Positions 22,499-32,898 of a DNA stretch of 64,000 nt are shown here, piece after piece. Position numbers and translations under genes: made by a program. The stretch lies in contig CAWHPQ010000018.1 in NCBI GenBank assembly GCA_963831265.1, positions 28,486-92,485 of the forward strand, given 5' to 3'. Position 1 is the first letter of the stretch. Each line of letters opens with the position of its first letter. The notes under the pieces are model-generated. The model was not told where the DNA came from, did not search any database, and saw only the letters and a program-made list of their open reading frames with translations. The DNA is from an uncultured delta proteobacterium. Lineage in GTDB: Bacteria; Myxococcota; Myxococcia; Myxococcales; Anaeromyxobacteraceae.

Positions 22499-22638
22499 GA
22501 AAGTTTCAGGATTCCTCGAAATTTTCGCGGCGGAGGTCGCCGCGGACAATCGCTCATCTTGTGTCGGGGTCCGTCACCTGTCAACGTGGAATTCCTCCGG
22601 ATCGTCGGAGATTTCCATGATCTGGGGGGTCGCGACAC

Positions 22639-24885
22639 ATGGTTCGAATCCGGATCGGGGAGGGATGGGCCTCGGACCCCGCGATCCGTTCCGGATTGCG
22701 TGCCGGGTCACCCGAGCCCCGGAGGGCCGCGATCCGGGCCATCGTCGACGTGGTGGCGGTCGAGATCGAAGGGGTCGACATCGGGGCCGGCCGGACCGAG
22801 GGCCCGCTCGTCGAGGGAGTCCTCGGCATGCTCCAGGCCGTCGACCGTCTGGCCGCCGGGGACGAGCACGCTTCCGTACCGTTCGACGACGGGGCCGTGG
22901 AGCTCCTCCTGCACCGGCGCGGAGGCATCGCCGTTCTCTCCGTCGCCACGTTGTCCCGCCCGGCCCGCCTGCTCGCACACGACGTCGAGGTGGACCTGCC
23001 GCGGCTGGCCGAGGCGGCCCGCGAGGCGGTGGTCGCATTCTGCGACAGGGTGGCAGAGATCTCGCCGGCGGCACACGCCCTCCCCGAGCTGCGCCAGCTC
23101 CTCCGTGCGGCTTCCCGGGCGACGATCGAGGGAGGCCAGCTGCCGGCTCCGGCCAGCGGGCCGGGCACCCGCACCCGGAGGACCCGCAGGCGCAACCGGG
23201 ACGCCGCTTGCAGCTTCGAGCTCCATGACGAGTCCGGGCGGCTCTCGACCTGGCGGGGGCCAGGAGCCGACCTGGCCTCGCTCCTCGTCCGCGGCCGGGT
23301 TTCGTTCCGTTCCCCGTCCGGTGAGGAGTTCCTCTCCCTCGCCGGAGTCCCCTACCTGCTCTTCCGCGACCTCTGCGCGGCTGCCTCGCGGATCGCCGCC
23401 GCGCCATCGGCTCCGGTCACCTTCGACCTGGCGCGTCCGGGCCGGAGTGCCACCGCCCGCCTGGCCGTCGCCTCCGGCGCCGTGACGGTGGACGGGGACG
23501 GCCCGGTCCCGTGCGACTCCCTGGCCTTTGCCCAGGCGGTCCTGGAGGGGGCCGCGGACTTCTGCGCGGTCATCCGGGGCCGCGCACCCGGACAGGCGGA
23601 CAACGCCCTGCTCTCCGAGCTGGAGCTGTCGGCGGCGACCACCCTGGCCCAGGTCCTCGAGATGCGCGAGGGGGACCGGCCCTCGGCCGACCGTCGACGC
23701 CTCAGGGTGAAGCGCGCGCGGCAGGCGTCGCGACGACCGCTCGGCGCGGGCAGGATTCGCCGGATCTCCTTCCGGCGCCTCGCCTCGCTCGAGATCGGTC
23801 CACCAGCGGGCGATGGGCTATTCCGGTCCGGAAGCTTGCTCGTCGCCTGCGGCCGGGAGCGCACGGTGGCCGTGGACGCCGGAGATGGCTCGGTCCTCTG
23901 GAGCGCACCCGGCGCGGCCCTGGCCGCTGCCGGGGACCGGGTCCTCGCACTTCTTCGCGGGGAGACCATGGAAGGGCGGGACGTCGCCACCGGGGCGATC
24001 CTCTGGACCCGTCCGGCGCCTCCCGAGATTGGTGGCCGGAGCCGCATGGAGCTCGCCCCTGGCGGACGATTGCTCGTCGCCTCCGGACCGTCCGTCTCCG
24101 CCTTCGGCAGCTCGCAGGGCGAACCCCTCTGGACGTTCGCCTCGCCCGGCGCGACCCGTCTCTGGCTGCTGCCCATCGGATCCATCCTGGTGGCAGCCTC
24201 CGATGCCGGGATGGTCCACGCCATCGACCCGGACGGAGGGGTTGCCTGGCGTCTGCGCGGTTCGGGACCCCTCGCTGCACCCGTCGCCGGGAGTGGACGC
24301 TCCTGCCTCCTGTGCTTCCTCAACCCCACGGGCGCGACGCTTTCCTTCGTCGAACCCTCGACGGGCGAGCGGACGTTCGAGGCCTCGCTCGATTTCACCC
24401 CCACCGGGCCGCCGGTCCGGTTTGCCGGGCGCATCGCCATCGCCGGCCGGGTCGCGGGGGATGGCGTCGTCGCGGCGCTGGAGGAGGACGGTTCCCCTGC
24501 CTGGGCCGGGCCCTCCCCGGTGGGGCTCGGCCCGTCGCTCGCGGCGCGCACCGGTGGACTCCTCGCCAAGGCCCCCGACGGCACCTGCGCCTCGCTCGAC
24601 CGGGACGGAGGAACGACCTGGATCCGTTCCTGCCACGGGCGCCCGTCTCCGCCCGGCAACCTCGCCCCGGTTCCCACCCGCGGGGTGGTGGTGGTCGCCG
24701 CCGAGGAGGTCGAGCTCCTCGACGCCTCGACCGGCGCGCCGGTGGGACGGGTGCCCGTCCACGCCCCCGCCCGGATCGCGGTGGACGGCGACCTCTGCAC
24801 CTGGTCGCTCGACGCGGATGGCCTGCTCTCGGGCGCCCGTGTGCGCGGGCACCTCTCGGTCGTCGAGGCGTCCGGCCCTTCCTAG
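22639..24885 (+). CDS. Large cytoplasmic protein: duplicated unknown N-terminal module plus PQQ/BamB-like beta-propeller
   Basis: A 748-aa ORF with high GC3 and no signal peptide. The C-terminal 350 aa or so show about 8 repeats of the D/G-G-x-x-x-W type (DAGDGSVLWSAP, DVATGAILWTRP, IDPDGGVAWRLRG, and others). Confidence 0.7.
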   Translation: MVRIRIGEGWASDPAIRSGLRAGSPEPRRAAIRAIVDVVAVEIEGVDIGAGRTEGPLVEGVLGMLQAVDRLAAGDEHASVPFDDGAVELLLHRRGGIAVLSVATLSRPARLLAHDVEVDLPRLAEAAREAVVAFCDRVAEISPAAHALPELRQLLRAASRATIEGGQLPAPASGPGTRTRRTRRRNRDAACSFELHDESGRLSTWRGPGADLASLLVRGRVSFRSPSGEEFLSLAGVPYLLFRDLCAAASRIAAAPSAPVTFDLARPGRSATARLAVASGAVTVDGDGPVPCDSLAFAQAVLEGAADFCAVIRGRAPGQADNALLSELELSAATTLAQVLEMREGDRPSADRRRLRVKRARQASRRPLGAGRIRRISFRRLASLEIGPPAGDGLFRSGSLLVACGRERTVAVDAGDGSVLWSAPGAALAAAGDRVLALLRGETMEGRDVATGAILWTRPAPPEIGGRSRMELAPGGRLLVASGPSVSAFGSSQGEPLWTFASPGATRLWLLPIGSILVAASDAGMVHAIDPDGGVAWRLRGSGPLAAPVAGSGRSCLLCFLNPTGATLSFVEPSTGERTFEASLDFTPTGPPVRFAGRIAIAGRVAGDGVVAALEEDGSPAWAGPSPVGLGPSLAARTGGLLAKAPDGTCASLDRDGGTTWIRSCHGRPSPPGNLAPVPTRGVVVVAAEEVELLDASTGAPVGRVPVHAPARIAVDGDLCTWSLDADGLLSGARVRGHLSVVEASGPS

Positions 24886-25616
24886 ATCCCCAGGAACAGG
24901 CGTCGGCCGAAGTTGGCCGCGACCTTGGCCGCGAAGATGCGCTGGGCCGACGTCTCGATGTCGTAGGGAACGCGGATGTACTCCACGGTCCGCTCCTCGG
25001 TGTCGTGGAGGACGAAGCAGGCGCGGTTGTCGTAGTCGCGGGGCTGCCCCACCGCACCCACGGTCACGACGTACTTGTAGCCGGGACGGAGCCGGAACTT
25101 CCGTCCCGACACCTCGACCACCTCGCTTCCGGCCTTGAGCGCGAAGACCTTGGTGAGGTGGGAGTGCCCGATGAAGGTCACGCGCGGAAGGGTGTCGAGG
25201 ACCGGGATGAGCTCGGCCGCCTGCTCGCTCGCCAGGATGTAGTCGTACGCGTCCGGCTGGCGCGGTGACCCGTGGCAGAATCCCACCTCCCCGATGCGCT
25301 CCGCGTAGGGAAGCCCGGCCAGCCATGCACGATGCTCCGGCCGCAGCACGCCGGAGGTCCAGTCGAGGGCGTGGCGGGCCGCGTCGTAGTAGAAGGCGTA
25401 GTCCATCCTTCCGGTCACGGCCGCGTCATGGTTCCCGAGCAGCGCCACCCCCGCCAGCCGACGGAGGATCTCGCAGCACTCGTTGGGGCTGGCGCCGTAT
25501 CCGACCACGTCCCCCAGCGACGCCACCAGGTCCACGCCGCGTTCGGCGATGGTCCGCTCCACCTCGGTGAGGGCCTCGATGTTGGCGTGGACGTCGCTGA
25601 GGATGGCGATGCGCAT
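24882..25616 (-). CDS. Metallophosphoesterase (YfcE/MJ0936-like)
   Basis: ATG at 25616 inside track ORF 24882..26588. Motifs present: SDVHAN, GDVVGYG, GNHD, GHSH. Confidence 0.85.
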   Translation of the reverse strand: MRIAILSDVHANIEALTEVERTIAERGVDLVASLGDVVGYGASPNECCEILRRLAGVALLGNHDAAVTGRMDYAFYYDAARHALDWTSGVLRPEHRAWLAGLPYAERIGEVGFCHGSPRQPDAYDYILASEQAAELIPVLDTLPRVTFIGHSHLTKVFALKAGSEVVEVSGRKFRLRPGYKYVVTVGAVGQPRDYDNRACFVLHDTEERTVEYIRVPYDIETSAQRIFAAKVAANFGRRLFLGI

Positions 25617-25618
25617 CG

Positions 25619-26560
25619 TCAGGGTCGGGGGACCACCGGAAGGACGTCGACGTCGAGGTCGTCGAAGTGCGCGAGCCTGCGGAACTCCGCGTACCGGGCC
25701 CGGATCTCGTGGGGACCCAGATCCCGGAGCCGATCGAGACTGAATCGCTCGACCGCGAAGCTGGCGAGCACGCTTCCCACCACGATGGCCCGGCGCATGG
25801 CCGGGAGGTCCAGGGCGCCGGAGCGGGCCAGGTAGCCCATGAAGCCACCCGCGAAGCTGTCGCCGGCGCCGGTGGGGTCGAAGAGCTCGGCCAGGGGATA
25901 TGCCGAGCTCGCGAAGACCTCGGTTCCCGAGAAGAAGAGCGCACCGTACTCCCCGCGCTTCACCACCACCGCGCGCGGGCCGAGGGACAGGATGGCCCGT
26001 GACGCCTTCACGATGTTGTGCTCCCCGGCCAGCTGCCGGGCCTCGGCGTCGTTCACGAAGAGCAGGTCGACCCGCTTCAGGACCTCGAGGAGCGCCGGCT
26101 TCCGGGAGGTGATCCAGAAGTTCATCGTGTCGGCCGCCACGATGCGGGGAGCCCGGATCTGGTCCAGGACGCCGAGCTGCAGCTCCGGGTCGATGTTGCC
26201 GAGGAACACGTGGCTGGAATCCCGGAAGGGCTCGGGGAGAACGGGCCGGAAGTCCGCGAAGACGTTGAGCTGGGTGTCGAGGGTGTGGGCCTGGTTCAGG
26301 TCGAACTCGTACCGTCCTGACCAGCGGAAGGTCCGTCCGGGCCGCCGCTCCAGCCCCGAGACGTCCACGCCGCGTCCGCGGAGGAAGTCCACGTGGACCT
26401 CCGGAAAGTCCTCTCCGACCACCGCCACCACGCGCACCGGGGCGAAGAAGCTCGCCGCCGCCGAGAAGTAGGTCGCCGATCCCCCCAGGACGTCCTCGCG
26501 GACCCCGAACGGGGTCTGGAGCGAGTCGAGCGCAACCGAGCCCACCGCGAGCAGTGCCAT
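25619..26560 (-). CDS. PfkB-family carbohydrate kinase
   Basis: 313 aa. It has the N-terminal GSATY-type motif and the C-terminal DPTGAGDSFAGGF ATP/anion-hole motif of the ribokinase/PfkB family. Confidence 0.85.
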   Translation of the reverse strand: MALLAVGSVALDSLQTPFGVREDVLGGSATYFSAAASFFAPVRVVAVVGEDFPEVHVDFLRGRGVDVSGLERRPGRTFRWSGRYEFDLNQAHTLDTQLNVFADFRPVLPEPFRDSSHVFLGNIDPELQLGVLDQIRAPRIVAADTMNFWITSRKPALLEVLKRVDLLFVNDAEARQLAGEHNIVKASRAILSLGPRAVVVKRGEYGALFFSGTEVFASSAYPLAELFDPTGAGDSFAGGFMGYLARSGALDLPAMRRAIVVGSVLASFAVERFSLDRLRDLGPHEIRARYAEFRRLAHFDDLDVDVLPVVPRP

Positions 26561-26571
26561 GGTGCGGTGCT

Positions 26572-27690
26572 CTACCCCGCGGAACCACGGCCGGTCAACG
26601 GCATCGTTCCCTCCCGGTTCCGGCGCCGAGGGTCTCCGGGCCCTCCCTCCGCCGCCAGTTGCCCGCAGGCCGCCGCGATGTCGCGTCCCCGGTTTCGCCG
26701 GACCACCGCGTTCACGTTGGCGGCGACGAGCCTCTCCAGGAAGGACTCCACCCGGTCAGGGGCAGGAGCCCGGAAGCCCAGCCCCGGATTCTCGTTGTAG
26801 GGGATGAGGTTGACCTTGGCCGGGATCCCGGCCACCAGCCGGGCGAGCCGGACGGCGTCCTCGTCGCTGTCGTTCACGCCGTCGAGCAGCACGTACTCGA
26901 ACGTGATGCGCCTCCCCTTCTTCAGGGGAAACGCGCGACAGGCCGCGAGCAACTCCCGGAGTGGCCAGCGCCGGTTGAGGGGCATGAGGGCGGTGCGGAC
27001 CTCGTCGGTCGTGGCGTTCAGGGAGACCGCGAGCTTCACGTCGGTCTCCTCGCCGAAGCGGCGCATCTCCGGGACGACTCCCGAGGTGGAGACGGTCACG
27101 TGGCGGTTGGAGAAGTTCGGTCCGTCCTCGGAGAGCAGGACGTCGAGGGCCGCCTTCACGTTTTCGTAGTTGTGGAGCGGCTCTCCCATCCCCATGAAGA
27201 CCAGGTTGGTGAGGGGGCGCGGCGGGGCGCCCTCCCCCAGCTCGAGGAGGCGGCGGTTGGCGCGTGAGACCTGGTCGACGATCTCCCCGGCCGAGAGGTT
27301 CCGGGAGAGCCCCATGGTCCCGGTCATGCAGAAGGTGCAGCCCACCGCGCAGCCCGCCTGGGTCGAGACGCAGAGGGTCTTCCGCCCAGGCTCGGGCATG
27401 TAGACCGACTCGACGAGCTTTCCGTCGTGCGTGCGCCAGGTCCACTTGATGGTCCCGTCGGTGGAACGGCGCTCGTCGGCGCGCTCCAGGACCGTGAGGC
27501 GGAGCTCCGCGCCGAGCCGGGTTCGCAGCGCAGCAGGGAGATCGCTCATCTCCTCCAGGGTGGCCGCGCCCTTCTGGTGCAGCCAGCGGAAGATCTGGCG
27601 AGCGCGGTAGGGCTTCTCCCCCAGCCGGGTGACGAGTGCATCCACCTCGCTCCGCGGAAGGGACCGGAGATCCGGGAGGGCCGGCTCCAC
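26572..27690 (-). CDS. rlmN: 23S rRNA/tRNA (adenine-C2)-methyltransferase RlmN
   Basis: GTG at 27690 lies 3 nt after the upstream stop and gives VEPALPDL...YRARQIFRWLH. It has the radical-SAM CAVGCTFCMTG motif and the C-terminal CGQL motif. Confidence 0.88.
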   Translation of the reverse strand: MEPALPDLRSLPRSEVDALVTRLGEKPYRARQIFRWLHQKGAATLEEMSDLPAALRTRLGAELRLTVLERADERRSTDGTIKWTWRTHDGKLVESVYMPEPGRKTLCVSTQAGCAVGCTFCMTGTMGLSRNLSAGEIVDQVSRANRRLLELGEGAPPRPLTNLVFMGMGEPLHNYENVKAALDVLLSEDGPNFSNRHVTVSTSGVVPEMRRFGEETDVKLAVSLNATTDEVRTALMPLNRRWPLRELLAACRAFPLKKGRRITFEYVLLDGVNDSDEDAVRLARLVAGIPAKVNLIPYNENPGLGFRAPAPDRVESFLERLVAANVNAVVRRNRGRDIAAACGQLAAEGGPGDPRRRNREGTMPLTGRGSAG

Positions 27691-27692
27691 CG

Positions 27693-29030
27693 TCAGGCCT
27701 CCCCGACCGCCACCGGAACCGGGTCGGGTCGTGCGATCTCCACCCGCGTGACGCGGCGATCGTCGGCTCCACGTACCGTGAATCGGAACCCGTCGAGGTC
27801 GACGTGGGCACCGACCGTGGGCACGCGCCCGGCGGTGGCGGTCACGAATCCACCCAGGGTCTCGTAGTCGCCCTCGTCGGGGAAGCGCAGGGCGCCCCGC
27901 TCCCCTGGCTCGACGCCCGTCTCCCGGTCGAGGAACTCCTCCAGTTCGCGGAGCGGCACCGCGGCGTCGGCCATCCATACCCCGGCCCCCACGGTCTTCA
28001 CCTGGGCGGACTCGGCGTCCCCCTCGTCCTGGATCTCGCCGACGATCTCCTCGAGGACGTCCTCCAGCGTGACCACCCCGCTCGTGCCGCCGAACTCGTC
28101 GACCACCACGGCCAGGTGGGTCTTGCGCCGCTGCATCTCCTTCAGGAGCCGCGACACCTTCATCTGCTCGGGGACGAAGAAGGCCGGCTTCAGGACCCGG
28201 TCCCAGGGTATGGGGCCGGGACCCCGCGCCACCTCGAGCACGATGTCCCGGACCATGAGGATCCCGACGATGTTGTCGGCCGATCCCTCGTAGACCGGCA
28301 TCCGGCTGAAGGGGTTGCCGGTGACGACCCGCACGATCTCGTCCCGCGGTGCGTCGCGATCGAGCGCGACCATGCGGGTGCGGGGGACCATGACCTCCTT
28401 CACCACCCGGTCGGCGAACTCGAGGACGCTGTTGAGCAACTCCTCCTTCACCTCGTCGAGAACTCCCTCCCGGGTCCCCATCTCGATGATGTACTCGATC
28501 TCCTCGCTGGTGACCGCAGGTCCCGGGGCGATCTTGCCCCCGCCGAAGAGGCGCATGAGCCCGTGCGTGGCGCGGACGAGCCCCATGGAGACCGGCCAGA
28601 GGAGCCAGGAGATCGCGCTCACCAGCGGGATGAGGGCCAGCGAGAAGCGCACCGGGTGGCGCTTGGCGAGGGTCTTCGGCACCACCTCGCCGAGGAAGAG
28701 GATCACCGTCGTCGCCACCGCGGTGGCGATGGCCAGGGCGGTGGCAGGGGAAAACCCATTGTCCGAAGCCACGCTCGCGGCGATCTCCCCGGCGAGCACG
28801 CCTCCCCCGATGTTGAGGAGTGTGTTGGTCACGAGGATCGAGGAGAGGACCCGCTCCGGGTGCTCCACCCAGACCCGCATCAGGCGGCCGCGCCTCCCTC
28901 CGGACTCGACGAGCTGCCGTGCACGGATTTCGCCGAGGGCGGTCAGCGCCGTCTCGGAGGAGGAGGCGATGGCGGAGCCGAGGACCACGCCGGCGCCGGC
29001 GAGCCATTCCCATGTCGGAGTTCCCAGCAC
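27693..29030 (-). CDS. CNNM/DUF21 - CBS pair - CorC_HlyC domain membrane protein
   Basis: GTG start at 29030 preceded by GGAAGGG. It has N-terminal TM helices, tandem CBS domains and a C-terminal CorC/HlyC transporter-associated domain. Confidence 0.88.
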   Translation of the reverse strand: MLGTPTWEWLAGAGVVLGSAIASSSETALTALGEIRARQLVESGGRRGRLMRVWVEHPERVLSSILVTNTLLNIGGGVLAGEIAASVASDNGFSPATALAIATAVATTVILFLGEVVPKTLAKRHPVRFSLALIPLVSAISWLLWPVSMGLVRATHGLMRLFGGGKIAPGPAVTSEEIEYIIEMGTREGVLDEVKEELLNSVLEFADRVVKEVMVPRTRMVALDRDAPRDEIVRVVTGNPFSRMPVYEGSADNIVGILMVRDIVLEVARGPGPIPWDRVLKPAFFVPEQMKVSRLLKEMQRRKTHLAVVVDEFGGTSGVVTLEDVLEEIVGEIQDEGDAESAQVKTVGAGVWMADAAVPLRELEEFLDRETGVEPGERGALRFPDEGDYETLGGFVTATAGRVPTVGAHVDLDGFRFTVRGADDRRVTRVEIARPDPVPVAVGEA

Positions 29031-29051
29031 TTGCCCTTCCGTATAGCGGCA

Positions 29052-29082
29052 CGCCCCGCTCCGGGCTTTCCCGGGCGGGGCG
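29052..29082 (-). terminator. GC-rich stem-loop downstream of ndk (possible terminator or processing site)
   Basis: CGCCCCGC-T-CCGGG-CTTT-CCCGG-GCGGGGCG forms 13 bp with one bulge and a 4-nt loop, 31 nt after the ndk stop. No U-tract follows, so its function is uncertain. Confidence 0.4.
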
Positions 29083-29112
29083 CATCAGGACGACAGCAGG
29101 AATATCAGGATG

Positions 29113-29556
29113 TTAGCGCTTGCTCTTCCACTCGTAGGCGTGAACCTCGATCTCCGGGAAGAAGTAGGAGATCTCGGTCCTTGCGGTCTCGACGGCGTCC
29201 GAGCCGTGAACGGTGTTCTTCTCGATGTCGGTGGCGAACTCGGCGCGCAGGGTGCCCGGAGCCGCCTTCTTGGGGTCGGTGGCACCCATGACCTCGCGAT
29301 TCTTCGCGATGGCTCCCTCGCCCTCCAGCACCATCAGGACCACGGGCCCCGCCGTCATCGACTTCACGAGGTCGGAGAAGAACGGCCTGGCCCGGTGGAC
29401 CGCGTAGAAGCCCTCGGCCTCGGCCTGGGAGAGCCGCTTCAACTTCATGGCCACGGGCTTCAGCCCGACTGCCTCGAAGCGGGCGATCACGCGCCCGATG
29501 ACGCCCTTCTCGACCCCGTCCGGCTTGATGATGGAAAACGTCCTCTCGATCGCCAT
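29113..29556 (-). CDS. ndk: Nucleoside diphosphate kinase
   Basis: 147 aa: [12 protein letters not shown], and the NTVHGSD active-site His motif. Confidence 0.95.
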   Translation of the reverse strand: MAIERTFSIIKPDGVEKGVIGRVIARFEAVGLKPVAMKLKRLSQAEAEGFYAVHRARPFFSDLVKSMTAGPVVLMVLEGEGAIAKNREVMGATDPKKAAPGTLRAEFATDIEKNTVHGSDAVETARTEISYFFPEIEVHAYEWKSKR

Positions 29557-29571
29557 GTGTCTCTCCTGTCC

Positions 29572-30603
29572 TTACCGCTTGGGGTTCTTCTTGCGGGCCG
29601 CGCCCTTCGGGGTTGCCTTGGCGGGCCTGGCCGCCGGCTTCGAACCGGTCTTGCCCGTGGTCCGCGGAGCCGCCTTCGCCGGTGGCGCCTCGCGAACCGT
29701 CCGGGTGTCCTTGGCCGGGGTCTTCTTCCCGTCCAGGAGGTCCTTCATCGCCTTGCCGAGGGTGGACGGCGACTCGCAGACGACGATGCCGGCGTCCCGC
29801 ATGATGGCCATCTTGGCCTCGGCCGTGTCGCCGCCTCCGGAGATGACGGCGCCGGCGTGACCCATCCGCTTGCCCGGAGGTGCGGTGCGGCCGGCGATGA
29901 AGCCCACGACCGGCTTCGTCATGTTGGCCTTCACCCACTCGGCGCCGCGCGCCTCCTCGGTGCCACCGATCTCCCCGATCATGATGACGCCATGGGTGTC
30001 CGGGTCGGCCTCGAAGAGGCGCAGGACCTCGATGAAGTCGAAGCCGTGGACCGGGTCGCCGCCGATGCCCACCGCAGTGGTCTGTCCGAGCCCGATCTGC
30101 GTGAGCTGGAGCACCGCCTCGTAGGTGAGGGTGCCTGACCGGGAGACGACGCCCACGCGTCCGGGACGGTGGATGTGGCCGGGCATGATGCCGATCTTGC
30201 ACTGCCCCGGGGTGATGACGCCGGGGCAGTTGGGACCGAGGAGATTCACGCCGGGCTGGTCCTGGAGGAAACGCTTCACCCGGACCATGTCGAGGACCGG
30301 AATGCCCTCGGTGATGGCGATCACCAGCGGGATCCCGGCGTCGGCGGCCTCGAGGATCGAGTCGGCCGCGAACGGTGGCGGGACGAAGATGGCCGATGCG
30401 TTGGCGCCGGTCTCCCGGACCGCCTCCTCGGCCGTGTTGAAGATGGGCACCTGCCCCTGGAACCGGGTCCCGCCGCGGCCGGGCGTGACGCCGGCCACGA
30501 TCTTGGTGCCATAGGCCAGCATCTGCTCGGAGTGGAAGCTGCCGGCCGAGCCGGTGATGCCCTGGACGACGACGCGGGTGTTGCGATCGACGAGGATGCT
30601 CAC
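29572..30603 (-). CDS. sucD: Succinyl-CoA synthetase alpha subunit with a Lys/Ala/Pro-rich C-terminal extension
   Basis: GTG at 30603 ([18 protein letters not shown]) is preceded by GGGAGGAA. It has the phosphohistidine loop MGHAGA. About 52 extra C-terminal residues lie beyond the usual end of the family. Confidence 0.92.
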   Translation of the reverse strand: MSILVDRNTRVVVQGITGSAGSFHSEQMLAYGTKIVAGVTPGRGGTRFQGQVPIFNTAEEAVRETGANASAIFVPPPFAADSILEAADAGIPLVIAITEGIPVLDMVRVKRFLQDQPGVNLLGPNCPGVITPGQCKIGIMPGHIHRPGRVGVVSRSGTLTYEAVLQLTQIGLGQTTAVGIGGDPVHGFDFIEVLRLFEADPDTHGVIMIGEIGGTEEARGAEWVKANMTKPVVGFIAGRTAPPGKRMGHAGAVISGGGDTAEAKMAIMRDAGIVVCESPSTLGKAMKDLLDGKKTPAKDTRTVREAPPAKAAPRTTGKTGSKPAARPAKATPKGAARKKNPKR

Positions 30604-30617
30604 GGTGTTCCTCCCGC

Positions 30618-31790
30618 CTAGGCCTTGGAAGACCGGACCGCCGCCACGACCTTCTTGGCGGCGTCGCCGAGGTCGTCGGCGGCGATGATGTCGAGTCCGC
30701 TCTTGGCAAGGATCTCGTTGCCCAGCTCGACGTTCGTTCCCTGGAGGCGGACGACGAGCGGCATCGTGAGCCCCACCTGCTTGGCCGCCGCCACCACGCC
30801 GTTCGCGATGACGTCGCACTTCATGATGCCGCCGAAGATGTTCACCAGGACCGCCTTCACCTTGGGGTCCTGGAGGATGATCTTGAAGGCCTCGGTCACC
30901 TTCTTCTCGTCGGCGCCTCCGCCCACGTCGAGGAAGTTGGCCGGGGCGCCGCCCGCCAGCTGGATGACGTCCATGGTGGCCATGGCCAGGCCGGCGCCGT
31001 TCACCATGCAGCCGATGTTCCCGTCGAGGGCGATGTAGGCCAGGTCGTACTCCTTGGCCTGCGTCTCCTTGGGGTCCTCCTCGCCGGGGTCGCGCATGGC
31101 CGCCACCTCCGGGTGGCGGTAGAGCGCGTTGTCGTCGAAGTTGAGCTTGGCGTCGAGTGCGATGACCGCGCCGGTGGCGGTGACCACGAGCGGATTGATC
31201 TCGGCCAGGGACGCGTCGGTGGCGATCACCGCCTGGAAGAGGCCGGTCGCGAAGCGCACGAACGCCCCCACGCTGTCCCCCTGCAGACCGAGCTGGTAGG
31301 CGAGCTGCCGCGCCTGGAACGGCATGAACCCGAGCAGGGGATCGACGGTCTCCTTCAGGATCTTCTCGGGGTGGACCCGCGCCACCTCCTCGATGTCCAT
31401 GCCGCCTTCCGAGGAGGCCATGACCGTCATCCGGCTGCGCTCGCGGTCGAGCGTGATGCCGACGTAGAGCTCCCGAGCGATTCGAACGCCCTCCTCGACG
31501 TAGAGCTTCCGGACCTCCTGCCCCTCGGGGCCGGTCTGGGGCGTGTGCAGGACCATCCCCAGGAGTGCCTCGGCGTGGAGCCGGGCCTCCTCGGGTGAGC
31601 GGGCCAGCTTGATCCCTCCCGCCTTTCCGCGCCCGCCCGCGTGGATCTGTGCCTTGACCGCGCAGATGCCGCCGCCGAGCTGGCGGGCAGCCCCCTCGGC
31701 CTGCAAGGGCGTGGTCGCGAGGATGCCCCGCGGGATGGACACGCCGAAACGCTTGAGGATTTCCTTGGCCTGGTACTCGTGGATCTTCAC
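30618..31790 (-). CDS. sucC: Succinyl-CoA synthetase beta subunit
   Basis: 390 aa: [15 protein letters not shown]-grasp blocks, and the [10 protein letters not shown] ligase-CoA motif. Confidence 0.95.
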   Translation of the reverse strand: MKIHEYQAKEILKRFGVSIPRGILATTPLQAEGAARQLGGGICAVKAQIHAGGRGKAGGIKLARSPEEARLHAEALLGMVLHTPQTGPEGQEVRKLYVEEGVRIARELYVGITLDRERSRMTVMASSEGGMDIEEVARVHPEKILKETVDPLLGFMPFQARQLAYQLGLQGDSVGAFVRFATGLFQAVIATDASLAEINPLVVTATGAVIALDAKLNFDDNALYRHPEVAAMRDPGEEDPKETQAKEYDLAYIALDGNIGCMVNGAGLAMATMDVIQLAGGAPANFLDVGGGADEKKVTEAFKIILQDPKVKAVLVNIFGGIMKCDVIANGVVAAAKQVGLTMPLVVRLQGTNVELGNEILAKSGLDIIAADDLGDAAKKVVAAVRSSKA

Positions 31791-31893
31791 CGGGGCCTCC
31801 TGATGGTCGCCCTGCGGGGGCGGCAGCGCCTCCCGCGGGGCTTCCTTTTATCTGGAATGCAGGCCGGCGGGGGCAAAAAGGAGGGGCGGAGCC

Positions 31894-32898
<1,005 letters not shown>

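Noticed and set aside
22641-22651. GGTTCGAATCC, a tRNA T-loop-like motif
   Set aside because: The flanks (CATGG / CCGGA) cannot form a T-stem, and no acceptor, D or anticodon arms can be drawn. It lies in the first codons of a good CDS (MVRIRIG). It is a chance match, not a tRNA or tRNA remnant.
19598-23485. 1295-aa plus-strand ORF crossing the lipoprotein, HEAT-repeat, HARE-HTH and propeller genes
   Set aside because: It is a Pro/Arg/Gly/Ser-rich shadow frame. It crosses a divergent intergenic region and several genes with much better motif support.
29572-30819. Longer SucD ORF starting at 30819 and overlapping sucC by about 200 nt
   Set aside because: The extra 72 N-terminal codons are Arg/Gly/Pro-rich and overlap the conserved C-terminus of SucC. 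The GTG at 30603 gives the canonical [10 protein letters not shown] start behind a GGGAGGAA SD.
31791-31893. Possible intrinsic terminator between mdh and sucC
   Set aside because: The G-rich and C-rich runs lie on the same strand (GGCGGGGGCAAAAAGGAGGGGCGG), so they do not pair. Only short self-complementary CCCGCGGG / CTGC..GCAG elements exist, and no U-tract follows.
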